A stretch of 20,666 bases of DNA from Candidatus Heimdallarchaeota archaeon (GCA_016839945.1 JAEOTE010000102.1:1-20666), one strand, 5' to 3'. Counted from the stretch's first letter, positions 9,643-18,987 are shown. Made by a program: numbers and translations. The notes: generated from the sequence alone by a model not told the origin.

Positions 9643-10725
9643 GTTAATCCCTCTATAACCAAAAAAGGAAAAGTGTTTAAATCAATAAGAGGAATAATTG
9701 GGGGAATGGGAGAACCAAATCCCCATGAAATAGACCCCTATTCAATTGTAAGATTCACCTTTCCATTATTGTTTGGTATAATGTTTGCTGATGTTGGACA
9801 CGGTTTGATGTTAGCCTTAATTGGAGCTTTCTTGGTATTTAGAAAGCGAAGAAAGAAAATTAAACCTGATGAATCAATCACCGGCTATTTGTACAGTGGT
9901 GCTGAACTTCTAGTTATTTGTGGAATAGCTGCAACGATTTTCGGCTTTTTCTTTGGTTCAATTCTAGGCGATGAAAAATTAATCCCTGAACTTATGCACA
10001 ATATTGGTATTGATTGGATTCCACTTATTAATCCATTACATGACACTCAAATCTTTCTTACATTCTCAATTGCAGTTGGTTTTGTAATGATGCAAGTTGG
10101 TATCTGGCTAAAATTCATTCAAAATATGAAATATGGTCATGGTTTCGCATCAAAAATAGCTCCTGTTTTACTCTCTTTATTCTATGTTGGAATTTTTGCT
10201 GTTCTATATACAATTATAGGAGCAAATGTTGCATCTCATGCTCATGAAGGTTTAATTAAGGAAGGATTTATTCTACCTCCAATACCTGGTTTCAACTACA
10301 TTGTCATTGTAACTATTGCTCTTATTCCAATACTTTTCATTGTGGAGTATTTGCATGCAAAGGCAGAAGGAATTATGGATGCAATTGATCATATAATTGC
10401 TCTATTTTCAAATACACTGTCATTCTCACGATTAATGGCATTATTATTAGTTCATGCAATATTGAGTGGAATTCCATTTACTTTAATGGGTTATAATTTG
10501 GCAGTAGTAAGTCCATTAACAGAATCTGCAGCAAACTGGATTATTGGGATAGTATTTGGTCTATTTCTAATAGTACCTCTAGAAGGATTACTTTCTTTCT
10601 TAAACAGCTTGCGTTTACACTGGGTTGAATGGTTCTCCAAGTTTTATGTAGGAGATGGTAAACCTTACACTCCAATTATTGAACAACTAAAACACATTGA
10701 ATTTGTATCAGCTAAAGGTAGTTAA
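7546..10725 (+). CDS. atpI: A/V-type ATP synthase subunit I (V-ATPase subunit a homolog) with tandemly duplicated N-terminal soluble domain
   Basis: The membrane domain has EIDP, FPLLFGIMFADVGHG, the essential Arg in SNTLSFSRLMAL, and LRLHWVEWFSKFY.GDGKPYTP. The protein is 1059 aa against about 650-700 typical for prokaryotes, and carries two copies of the N-terminal domain (FQTHTFIGEIP/FQTKTYVGSIP, TIWGWV/TLWGWI, EDVPF/EDVPL). Confidence 0.95.
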   Translation: MVNVLSQIKNIFISPHKLVKIQIPKEQTHKFLIKIDVSDFFTQTVVDPQNPKEQALIQEFIDQLEDKRSRLVDISYKLNIPVSIDFELKLEEDEYPANMNLLSKEIDQFLSENEETISSLYQKLHLLKKEERVLSSISLLQKKTKEENFSINLLSSNFQTHTFIGEIPASYEEVIRFYLTELTGGKLFFWVTETDVKEKKTLMCISLIDYKDQIEEILNENLFDSTELDITFLKSLDAFKESSNIEDLYSSVSKDISAIEKELENFSSKYNEKIIQFIKSSHIALELLSFEEKGRTTDKEFTIWGWVKRNNIDKFKKDLDSLEFKSKMLILEDVPFPYKKSKEIIEKDIFQPSDYLVETKEEQHIAHLSNRGVGVKGGFMFPKKASFVKLETSEKYSRNFISFIHSQNTIHPIKIGSQKAEKADQLLTLKQELTQYNSRIRKLKDNFDFAEEKEKTKSKFQLVDEYSHSKAFIENFLREHEKQVTEIFSDYNQLKKKLEQIELILPFEEELRKKELSLTLIEGGFQTKTYVGSIPKNHFKAANFFLKEVTDDNILFWSSDSTDPKRNEKNILLLSLEDYEAAVSRVLNEYSFQPLEFDQALLQEKQALNEIRKELLKEIEQKEAEIEQISDAISEKLSAASELIEIELERISTEEICQFVENKMTLWGWIPADCLKKLYKAKNKLDYELEITLTEDVPLVNPSITKKGKVFKSIRGIIGGMGEPNPHEIDPYSIVRFTFPLLFGIMFADVGHGLMLALIGAFLVFRKRRKKIKPDESITGYLYSGAELLVICGIAATIFGFFFGSILGDEKLIPELMHNIGIDWIPLINPLHDTQIFLTFSIAVGFVMMQVGIWLKFIQNMKYGHGFASKIAPVLLSLFYVGIFAVLYTIIGANVASHAHEGLIKEGFILPPIPGFNYIVIVTIALIPILFIVEYLHAKAEGIMDAIDHIIALFSNTLSFSRLMALLLVHAILSGIPFTLMGYNLAVVSPLTESAANWIIGIVFGLFLIVPLEGLLSFLNSLRLHWVEWFSKFYVGDGKPYTPIIEQLKHIEFVSAKGS

Positions 10726-10726
10726 A

Positions 10727-11710
10727 ATGTCAGTCGGTGATGTGAGTTATTTACTTGGACGAGCTCATGGTATTATTAGTAATGTCCTAACAAAATCCAA
10801 CATTAGCTTACTTTTAGCCTCTAATAATCTCACTGAATTAAGAGCTGCTTTTACTCAAACCCACTATGATACAATTATAGGGGATCTTAATTTCGAAACT
10901 CAATTATCAGAAGTAGCTAGAAAACTTAAGAATTCTTTTTCAGAAATTGTGGTTAAATTCCATAACCAATCCTCCTCATCTTTGAAAAAGAAAATAAGAT
11001 TTTTCAGTGAAAGATATAATGCAGAAAATCTGCGAATAGTTCTTCATGGACTCCATGTTGGAATGAAGCATGAAGACATTATTGCACGTATTATTCCTGT
11101 AGCAGGATATTCATTAGATTATTACTCCAATTTATTATCAAAATCTATTCCAGATATCATTTCAATTCAAAAAGACACATCATTACTTAGAAGTCTTCGT
11201 AGAGCCTTTGAAGAATTTAAAAACACAGATAGGTTTACTCCAATTGAGTCTGCATTGGATCAATATGTCTATCAAGTTCTCCCTAAGGTTTCTAACTATT
11301 ATGAAACTTATGTAAATATGAAGAATATAATCGCTTTATGCCGTTGTATTACTTTAAACATCCCTGCTTATCGATACATATTACCTAATAAATTCATAGC
11401 TAAATCTCTGAATGCTGATTCTATTTCTGAAGTCTTGGAAAATTATAATTACCCACCTTATCGCGCAGTATTTTCTCAATATATTGGTCAAAAAGAAATT
11501 CCCTTACATGATTTAGAATTTGCAGTTGAAAGATTTCTTCTAAGAAAATGGAGGAAAATCTTTCGATTTGGAACTGTGTTAGAATCTGATTCAATAATTG
11601 GTTTTTTCGAGCTGAAATTAGCAGAGACAATGGATCTTATTAGAATAATTGTAGGAATTAACGCAAGTTTTAGTGAACAAGAAATACGAGAAAGTTTGTT
11701 ATTTTATTAA
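10727..11710 (+). CDS. atpC: A/V-type ATP synthase subunit C (V-ATPase subunit d homolog)
   Basis: YLLGRAHG..LT...LL....L.EL...F.QTHY, YNAENLRIVLHG, IESALDQY, FFELKLAE..DLIRIIVGI. About 327 aa from ATG 10727, 1 nt after the atpI stop, with SD AAGGT upstream. Confidence 0.85.
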   Translation: MSVGDVSYLLGRAHGIISNVLTKSNISLLLASNNLTELRAAFTQTHYDTIIGDLNFETQLSEVARKLKNSFSEIVVKFHNQSSSSLKKKIRFFSERYNAENLRIVLHGLHVGMKHEDIIARIIPVAGYSLDYYSNLLSKSIPDIISIQKDTSLLRSLRRAFEEFKNTDRFTPIESALDQYVYQVLPKVSNYYETYVNMKNIIALCRCITLNIPAYRYILPNKFIAKSLNADSISEVLENYNYPPYRAVFSQYIGQKEIPLHDLEFAVERFLLRKWRKIFRFGTVLESDSIIGFFELKLAETMDLIRIIVGINASFSEQEIRESLLFY

Positions 11711-11769
11711 TTTCTGTGATTGAATCAAATGTAATAATTCTGTGTTTATTAAAAAATAAAGAAAGGAAA

Positions 11770-12156
11770 TTAAACGGAATTCAGAACATCTATAGTTTCT
11801 GGTACATTTTGTTTAATAATTTGCATTGCTAAACCAACATTATGCAAATCACGACTAGCACCTATTAAGATATATTCTCCTGCACCAGCTAGAATAGTAA
11901 AACCTTCCTCACCTCTAATTAAAACCTGTTCTAAATCTCCATGAGCTAAATTTCCTGTAACCATTTTTCCTGTAGATAATATTGCAGAGGAAACTGCACT
12001 CAGAAGATCGGGGTCTGTTCCTTTTTCGGAAAAGAAGGCTACTTTAATTCCTTCAGCATTTACAACAGCCAATGCTTCCAAATCGCACCCTAATGATATT
12101 TTCTTCAAAATTCGTACTAATTGTTTTCTTTGTCCTGCGGATAAATCTATTGACAT
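11770..12156 (-). CDS. Roadblock/LC7 (MglB/LAMTOR2-like) domain protein
   Basis: 128 aa with AVVNAEG, DPDLLSAVSSAILS, GDLEQVLIRGEEGFTIL, NVGLA; GGTGA SD upstream. Confidence 0.92.
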   Translation of the reverse strand: MSIDLSAGQRKQLVRILKKISLGCDLEALAVVNAEGIKVAFFSEKGTDPDLLSAVSSAILSTGKMVTGNLAHGDLEQVLIRGEEGFTILAGAGEYILIGASRDLHNVGLAMQIIKQNVPETIDVLNSV

Positions 12157-12228
12157 TTTTAGTCACCAGTCAACTCTAATCTACTATAGAGAATTATTTA
12201 CTATTAAATTTATTGAAAGTATGAATGG

Positions 12229-12242
12229 AAAAAAAAAAGAAA
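12229..12242 (-). terminator. Oligo-T terminator of proS
   Basis: A-run on plus strand (T-run on minus) immediately after the proS stop. Confidence 0.5.
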
Positions 12243-13676
12243 TCAGTAAGCTTTGGAGATATACACTACTTCCTTAGCTTCTTCATCACATATAATACAG
12301 GAACCAAAGATTTCTTCTTCTTCACCATACAATGTTCCACGTATTTCAGCTTTTAATCTTTCTTTAAGTTCATCTGCACAAGCTATGTCTCCACACCAAT
12401 TAGTTCTTACAAATCCTGGTTTCTTGCTGTTCATTTTGTTTTCTAGTTCATCATATGTTTTTGCGTCTGACATAGATTCGTCCATAAGCATCTTTACTCT
12501 ATTTTTTAATTCTTCTGTAATTTCTTCAAGTAGTTTAGTAATTGTTTCTACAATTTTGTCTTTGGTTACGAATATTCGATCTTTTGTGTCTCTTCTTGCA
12601 ATCGTTACACCTTTCTTTTCAAGATCTTTAGGACCAATTTCTATACGTATTGGAACTCCAAGAAGTTCATATTCATTAAATTTGAAGCCAGATGTCTTAT
12701 CACTGTCATCATATTTTACTCTGATGTTAGCTTTTTGAATCTCTTCTAAAACCTCTTTGCATTCCTTATCTATTGCTTCTTCCTTACCTTTGAAAATTAC
12801 AGGTACAATAATGACTTGTAAAGGTGCTAAATAAGGAGGTAAAATCAGCCCTCTGTCGTCACCATGAACGCAGATAATTGCTGCCATTACCCTAGTAGAT
12901 AAGCCATAACATGTTTGATATGCATGATCATGGGAACCATCTTCCTTCTGAAAACGAATATTAAACACTTTTGCGAAACCTTGATCAAGATTATGAGTTG
13001 TCCCAATTTGGAGTGTTTTTCCATCAGGTAAAGGTGTATCATATGCAATAGAGTAGAGAGCTCCAGGGAAAGTGTCATACTTTGGTCTTTTTGTAATTAG
13101 GTATGGTAAACAACACTCATCATAAGTAGAACCGTAAATCCACATCGATTCTTTTACTTGTTCAACTGCTTCTTCAGGTGTGGAATGACAAGTATGAGCT
13201 TCTGTCCATTGAAATTCTCTGTCACGAAGGAGTGGTTTTGTGTCCTTAGTATCAATACGTATGATATTACACCATTGGTTTACTTTCAAAGGCATATCAG
13301 TATAAGCTCGTATCCATTGACTATACATGTGATACATAATCGTTTCAGAAGTAGGTCGTAATGCGAATTTTTTATCCAACTTCTTTTCTCCAGCATGTGT
13401 TACATATGCTACTTCCGGTACAAATCCCTCAAAATGCTCGCTTTCCAATTCCAGAAACTTTTCAGGAATGAACAGGGGAAAATACATATTTTTATGTCCT
13501 GTTATATAGAACTTCTCGTCTAAGATTTTCTTCATTCTATCCCAAATGTCATATCCATTCGACAATAAAACATTCATTCCTTTGACTTCAGTTCTTGTGT
13601 CAACAATCTGCGCTCTTCTAACGACATCCAAATACCATGCCATAAAATCTTCTTTTTTCTTAGTGAATACTGACAT
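12243..13676 (-). CDS. proS: Proline--tRNA ligase, archaeal/eukaryotic type
   Basis: LRPTSET, NQWCN, LLRDREFQWTEAHT, QIGTTHNL, YGLSTR, GVPIRIEIGPKD, C-terminal Zn domain (WCG..C...CIIC) ending in AY. Confidence 0.98.
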   Translation of the reverse strand: MSVFTKKKEDFMAWYLDVVRRAQIVDTRTEVKGMNVLLSNGYDIWDRMKKILDEKFYITGHKNMYFPLFIPEKFLELESEHFEGFVPEVAYVTHAGEKKLDKKFALRPTSETIMYHMYSQWIRAYTDMPLKVNQWCNIIRIDTKDTKPLLRDREFQWTEAHTCHSTPEEAVEQVKESMWIYGSTYDECCLPYLITKRPKYDTFPGALYSIAYDTPLPDGKTLQIGTTHNLDQGFAKVFNIRFQKEDGSHDHAYQTCYGLSTRVMAAIICVHGDDRGLILPPYLAPLQVIIVPVIFKGKEEAIDKECKEVLEEIQKANIRVKYDDSDKTSGFKFNEYELLGVPIRIEIGPKDLEKKGVTIARRDTKDRIFVTKDKIVETITKLLEEITEELKNRVKMLMDESMSDAKTYDELENKMNSKKPGFVRTNWCGDIACADELKERLKAEIRGTLYGEEEEIFGSCIICDEEAKEVVYISKAY

Positions 13677-13940
13677 TTTGAATTACCTTTCGTTGTTCAT
13701 TTGAAAAAATTCTGAAGATATCTTGAGAGATTTGTCCCTTTTTAACACTAAAACAATGATTTGTTTCATATTTTCGGAACAAATTCACCTTTCATTTTAT
13801 CCTCAAATCCTTTTATGAAATTTCATTTAAAAACTCATCGATTTGAAAAGAATTGGTTCTAGTAAATCAACCAACTCTTTGTAGAAAAAATTCATCGCTT
13901 GGAATAAACATTTTTATTTGAATAATATTTTTGCATAATC

Positions 13941-15170
13941 ATGAAATTGTTGTTTATTGTTTTGGATGGTTTAGGAGATCGACCTATACCTGACCTAGGA
14001 GGAAAAACACCACTTGAATATGCAAACACACCAAACATGGATAAACTTGCATCTTTAGGGATGAATGGGCTTCTTCATGTCATTGGTCCTGGTATTACTC
14101 CAGGGAGTGACACTGCACATTTAGCACTTTTTGGCGTTGATCCATTTGAATATTATACTGGTAGAGGACCTTTTGAAGCTGCAGGTATTGGTCAAGAGGT
14201 AAAAGAAGGAGATGTTGCATTTAGAACAAATTTTGCAACCATCGATAACAATGGAATAATAACTGATAGGAGGGCAGGAAGAATTAGGGAAGGAACAGAA
14301 GAACTTGTAGCTTTATTTGCCGGGATGAAAATTGACGGTATTCAAATACTATTAAAAGCAGGTACAGAACATCGTGCAGCTCTAGTACTTAGGGGTGAAG
14401 GACTTTCTGATAAAGTTTCAGAGAATGATCCTCATGTTGAAGGCAAAGAACCATTAGAGTTTAGAGCATTAGATAATAGTCAAGAAGCTAAAAAAACTGC
14501 AGAAGTTCTTATTAAATTCGTATCAAAAGCAAAATCAATTTTGTCTGAAACTGATTTTAATAAAAAAAGAAAAGAAAATGGATTATTACAAGCAAATTAC
14601 TTTCTTATACGAGGAGCAGGACAAGTGCCTAAATTGCCTAATTTTGAAAAGGAATACTGTCTGGAAACAGCTTGCATAGCAGGAGGTGGATTATATAAAG
14701 GTGTAGGGAGAATGCTTGGTATGCATATAATTGAGGATTCCAGACTAACAGGTGGAACCAATACTGATTTGAAAGCTAAATTTGATGTTACATATAAGGC
14801 ATTACAGGCTTATGATTTTGTTTTTACACACATTAAGGGAACAGATAATCTTTCACACGATGGAAAACCAGTTGAGAAAGCTAAATTCATCGAAATGGTA
14901 GACAAAGAGATTAAACGATTCTTACCTGATAACACAGAACAAGATTTGGTTATTATGATTACAGGTGATCATAGTAGTCCTTGCAGTTTCAAAGACCACT
15001 CAGCTGATCCTGTTCCAATAATCATTTATTCAAAAGATTGTCGTAAAGATGACGTAGAAAAATTTGGAGAATCTTTTGCTGCTAAGGGTAGTTTAGGTCA
15101 TTTAGTAGGTAAAGACATCATGGGAATTGCTCTGAATGAGATGAGATTGGTGCATAAATTTGGCGCTTGA
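13941..15170 (+). CDS. apgM: 2,3-bisphosphoglycerate-independent phosphoglycerate mutase (archaeal type)
   Basis: DGLGDRP, TPLEYANTPNMD, PGSDTAHL, YYTGRGPFEA, DRRAGRI, HIKGTD..HDG, TGDHSSP..DHSADPVP. Confidence 0.96.
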   Translation: MKLLFIVLDGLGDRPIPDLGGKTPLEYANTPNMDKLASLGMNGLLHVIGPGITPGSDTAHLALFGVDPFEYYTGRGPFEAAGIGQEVKEGDVAFRTNFATIDNNGIITDRRAGRIREGTEELVALFAGMKIDGIQILLKAGTEHRAALVLRGEGLSDKVSENDPHVEGKEPLEFRALDNSQEAKKTAEVLIKFVSKAKSILSETDFNKKRKENGLLQANYFLIRGAGQVPKLPNFEKEYCLETACIAGGGLYKGVGRMLGMHIIEDSRLTGGTNTDLKAKFDVTYKALQAYDFVFTHIKGTDNLSHDGKPVEKAKFIEMVDKEIKRFLPDNTEQDLVIMITGDHSSPCSFKDHSADPVPIIIYSKDCRKDDVEKFGESFAAKGSLGHLVGKDIMGIALNEMRLVHKFGA

Positions 15171-16137
15171 AACTGAAAATGAAACATTACTAAAGAAACT
15201 ATTACCTTATTTACAGCTATTTATTGCTATAATTGCAGTATCTTTTGCAGCAATTATAGTTGTATATCTTCAAAAAGAAGAATTACTCGGATTAAATGTA
15301 CCTTCAGAAGTTATCGCTATGTATAGAACTTTGTTTGCAGGTATTGGCGCATTATTTCTATCATTATATGGAAAGAAGATAACCTGGTTAAAAGAAAAAT
15401 CCACCCTAAAGAGAATTCATTGGTGTGTGTTAGCAGGATTGTTTCTAGCAATTCACTTTGCCACTTGGTTTTTATCTCTTAGACACGTAGATGTTGCAAT
15501 ATCCACAACACTTGTAGATACAGTTCCAATATTTCTAGCAATTTTTGGATTCATTTTCTTTAAAGAAAAAATAGGTGTCTTAGGAGTAATTGGTATTTCT
15601 ATTGCCTTTACAGGAGGAGTGTTGTTAGCTTTTGCTCTTTCTGGTAGTTCTGGTTCTCAACAAAGCCCACTATTAGGCATACTGTTCTCTTTAATTGGAG
15701 CAATTACTGTTGCTTTTTATTTCTTAATTGGAAAGAAAATACTCAAAGACTCTCCTTTATGGCCATATTTTGCAATCGTAAATTTATCTTCCGCATTTTT
15801 TTTGCTAATATATTGCTTGATAAGAGGTTATAACATATTCAGTTATTCTTACTTGGCCTTCGTATTAATTTTACTTATGGCTATTGGACCTTCCCTGATT
15901 GGCCACGCAACATATAACTATTCTCTCAAGAAAATACCAGCTTTCATTGTTGGGGTAGCTATACTTGGAGAACCTATAGGTGCTGCGATATTAGGTATCA
16001 TATTTTTAAACCAAATACCAGTATGGTATGCTTTAATTTATGCAATTGTTATTTTGATAGGAATTGTTTTAACATCAATTTCTCAAAATGTGAAAATAAA
16101 TATTTTTAGAAAAAAAATAAGACCTGAAATTGAGTAA
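15160..16137 (+). CDS. DMT/EamA family transporter
   Basis: About 10 TM helices with two EamA halves (GLFLAIHFATWFLSL; GHATYNYSLK..LGEPIGA). The TTG start overlaps apgM by 11 nt and has a GGTG SD at 15149-15152. Confidence 0.92.
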   Translation: MALETENETLLKKLLPYLQLFIAIIAVSFAAIIVVYLQKEELLGLNVPSEVIAMYRTLFAGIGALFLSLYGKKITWLKEKSTLKRIHWCVLAGLFLAIHFATWFLSLRHVDVAISTTLVDTVPIFLAIFGFIFFKEKIGVLGVIGISIAFTGGVLLAFALSGSSGSQQSPLLGILFSLIGAITVAFYFLIGKKILKDSPLWPYFAIVNLSSAFFLLIYCLIRGYNIFSYSYLAFVLILLMAIGPSLIGHATYNYSLKKIPAFIVGVAILGEPIGAAILGIIFLNQIPVWYALIYAIVILIGIVLTSISQNVKINIFRKKIRPEIE

Positions 16138-16142
16138 AAAGA

Positions 16143-17348
16143 TTAAATTCTATTTTTATCCAAGAGGTCTGACAAACGATCCATAGCTTCAGCTATTTCT
16201 TCTAGAGTAGGAAGATATACCATTCTAAACCCATTATCACCAAATGGACCAAAACCTGAACCAAAAACAGTTAAGACATGCTTTGTTTTGAGGTAATCAA
16301 ATACAAACTCTTTATCATTTTTCCATTTAAATGAATCCATGTTTATCATTGGGAAAATGTAGAAAGCTGCTTCTGGTTTGTATACTGTAATTCCTTCCAT
16401 TTCTGCTAATCTCTTATATATTAAGTCTCTTCTCTCTTTTAGCATTTGAACTGTTTCTGGTAAATAGCTCTTTTGATCCTGCTTAAGTGCTTCTGCGCCT
16501 GCTTTCTGCAATGGAGTGCAAGCACACAATCGTAATCTAGATAGTTTGTTCAATCCTTCCCATGGTTCCTTTATTTTATTCTCAGGATCATGAATGTACG
16601 TATAACCAAGTCGCCAACCTGGAGCTAAGAAAACTTTGCTGAATCCATTGTATGCTACTACAGGAACATCTTTTGCCAGTTTAGCAGTAGCTACATGTTT
16701 AAGTCCTTCATCCAGAACAAGTAAATCATATGTTTCGTCAGATACAATACATGCATCGTACTCGCCTACAATATCAATTATTTCTTTCAAAACATTTTCA
16801 GGATAAACTGAACCAGTTGGATTATTAGGCGAGTTTACAAAAACAAGTTTTGCTTTATCATTCATCAAAGATCGAATATGATCTGGATCTGGATAAAAAC
16901 TATTTTCAATTTCTGTTTTATAGTATTTAGTATCCAAATCAAAGATAGTGGAATTTCCAGAATAGCTTGGATAATGTATCCCTGGCAATAAGACTCTATC
17001 TCCAGGATTAGTGAATGACATAAACGTCATTTGTATTCCTTCTGAAACTCCTGCAGTTGCTAGCACTCTATCTGCAGTTACATCAACATTGTGTTTTCTA
17101 TTTTCATAATCCGCAACAGCTTCCCTAAATTCAAGAAGACCTTGAGAATCTGCATAGAAATTGTAGTTCTCTTTTACTGCAAGCTCTAGAGAATCAGCCA
17201 ATAATTCTGGTGTTTTGAAACCATATTTAATTGGGTCTCCTATATTTAATTTAATAACTGTGTGACCTTGTGCTTCTACTTCTGCTGCAACTGCAAGCAC
17301 ATCTCTTATAGCATAACTAAAACTAGAAGCTCTTTCAGAAATTTCCAT
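16143..17348 (-). CDS. PLP-dependent aminotransferase class I/II (AlaA/alanine aminotransferase-like)
   Basis: YAIRD, LNIGDP, TAGVSE, NSPNNPTG, SDETYD, NGFSK (PLP Lys) VFLAPGWRLG, GSGFG, FRMVYLP. Confidence 0.93.
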   Translation of the reverse strand: MEISERASSFSYAIRDVLAVAAEVEAQGHTVIKLNIGDPIKYGFKTPELLADSLELAVKENYNFYADSQGLLEFREAVADYENRKHNVDVTADRVLATAGVSEGIQMTFMSFTNPGDRVLLPGIHYPSYSGNSTIFDLDTKYYKTEIENSFYPDPDHIRSLMNDKAKLVFVNSPNNPTGSVYPENVLKEIIDIVGEYDACIVSDETYDLLVLDEGLKHVATAKLAKDVPVVAYNGFSKVFLAPGWRLGYTYIHDPENKIKEPWEGLNKLSRLRLCACTPLQKAGAEALKQDQKSYLPETVQMLKERRDLIYKRLAEMEGITVYKPEAAFYIFPMINMDSFKWKNDKEFVFDYLKTKHVLTVFGSGFGPFGDNGFRMVYLPTLEEIAEAMDRLSDLLDKNRI

Positions 17349-17540
17349 TAGTATCCTTCCTTTATTACAGAAAATAAATAATTATTACTAAAATAAAATT
17401 ATTGGTTTGAACTTAACTGATTGTCCTTTACTTAATTAAACATAATATCTGAATTTGTATTATTTTATTCTCTATTTTCCAGATATTACATCTATAAATA
17501 AACACAGTTTAGTATTTTTTTATAAAAATTAGGTGCTTAT

Positions 17541-18941
17541 TTGCCTGCTATAGCTAATTGTAGTTTTTGTAGTAGTCCTGCTCAATACTATTGTAAATCA
17601 TGTAAGAGGAAACTATGTACAGATCACATAATAAAATCAAACACAGTGTATTTCTGTAATAATTGCGATGAAGAATGCCACGATCCTAAATGTTCAAAGT
17701 GTGGAACTGAAGCTGACTTTACAAGACATGAACCAATATTAAGATGTGATTGGTGCAAATCTATTGAAGTAGAAGATGGATTACTTTACCATCAACAATT
17801 ACCTCAACTAATTTTTTCTTCAGTTACTACTTTAAACAAAAAACTTTCACAGGTTTGGGATTTAACTCAACAATATCTTGACTTAGTCAAATCTGTATAT
17901 GAGATGAGAAAAGCAAAAATTATGCTATTTGGTAGCATTGAAGATGAAATTTCTCTTTTAAGAGGAAAAATATCTACTTTTATAGATCACTTGGTCAAAT
18001 TTGAAAATGAAACTTTTACAATGATTGATGACAAACTTAAAGCTATTGGATATATGAGATACTCAAATCTTAATAATGTTGAAAGAGCTGAAGAGATTCT
18101 CAATTTGCTAGAAAGTAGGTCAAATTTATTGGACGGAACTTTAGAAAATAAATTTGGTGATATTGAGATTGATTTCAAAAAACTAAATCAAAAAGTCAAT
18201 TATGTCGACTTTCAATATCGCATTCTTAATAAAATCCACGAACTTCTACCAGAAGATCAAGAAGAGGAACTTATCTCCATTATCCCTCGTATTTGGTTAA
18301 GAAAAAATAGTGGGTTACCAAAGAAATTTCTATTAGTTTTAACAACAAAAAATCTCTATTTGTTAAGAGAAAAAGGACTTCTTAATGTGAAGCTCAAAAA
18401 CAAGGAAACAATTAGTCTATCATATATAGTGAAAAAACAGTATAGACAAAGCTTGATAACAAAAAAGAAATTTAGATTTAAAACAAGACTAGATTCTTAT
18501 TCAATTTTTGGGAGAAAGGAAAGCATAGATCAGCTCCAAACCTACTTTAAGATAATTGGCGATTATATTGATTATTCCATAAACAAATCTTCAATTATAG
18601 AAGATTTGAAGTATTATTCATTAACAATTAATGAGTTAAAGAGTAATATACAAAGAAATCTTAACCACCTTAGAGCATATCTTCTGAACAAGAAAGAACT
18701 GAAGCGTGAATTGTATTGGAGGGAAGGACAAGATGCTAAATTTAAGAAGCTCTTCGAGCAATTACTTGCTGTTGAGAGAAAAATTCATAGACTCACACAA
18801 TCAAGAAATTACAACTCTCCAGGGACACGAGGAATTGATGGTCTTCTTAGAAAATTAACGAGAGAACATAATAGGCTCAAAAAAGAGTTAGAGGATATAA
18901 GAAGAAAAAGCGACGAATTTGATGATGTGTGGGAATTTTGA
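17541..18941 (+). CDS. Hypothetical protein: B-box-like Zn finger, Zn ribbons, long coiled coil, PH-like domain, C-terminal coiled coil
   Basis: TTG start with AGGTG SD at 5 nt spacing. CSFC-x7-CKSC-x4-CTDH, then CNNC, CSKC, CDWC; helical heptads at aa ~90-235; beta-rich LLVLTTKNLYLL...FRFKT...SIFG plus a helix, resembling PH/GRAM. Confidence 0.8.
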   Translation: MPAIANCSFCSSPAQYYCKSCKRKLCTDHIIKSNTVYFCNNCDEECHDPKCSKCGTEADFTRHEPILRCDWCKSIEVEDGLLYHQQLPQLIFSSVTTLNKKLSQVWDLTQQYLDLVKSVYEMRKAKIMLFGSIEDEISLLRGKISTFIDHLVKFENETFTMIDDKLKAIGYMRYSNLNNVERAEEILNLLESRSNLLDGTLENKFGDIEIDFKKLNQKVNYVDFQYRILNKIHELLPEDQEEELISIIPRIWLRKNSGLPKKFLLVLTTKNLYLLREKGLLNVKLKNKETISLSYIVKKQYRQSLITKKKFRFKTRLDSYSIFGRKESIDQLQTYFKIIGDYIDYSINKSSIIEDLKYYSLTINELKSNIQRNLNHLRAYLLNKKELKRELYWREGQDAKFKKLFEQLLAVERKIHRLTQSRNYNSPGTRGIDGLLRKLTREHNRLKKELEDIRRKSDEFDDVWEF

Positions 18942-18987
18942 GAAAAGGCATATATACTAGGTAAAGATTTTTTCATTGTTGATATGT

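Noticed and set aside
11717-11727. Palindrome TGATTGAATCA between convergent atpC and roadblock genes
   Set aside because: Only 5-bp arms in AT-rich DNA, which is expected by chance.
8289-13361. ORFs 8289-8561, 11421-11630, 12253-12738, 12887-13078 and 13158-13361
   Set aside because: Antisense or alternate-frame overlaps inside atpI, atpC and proS, with no independent motifs.
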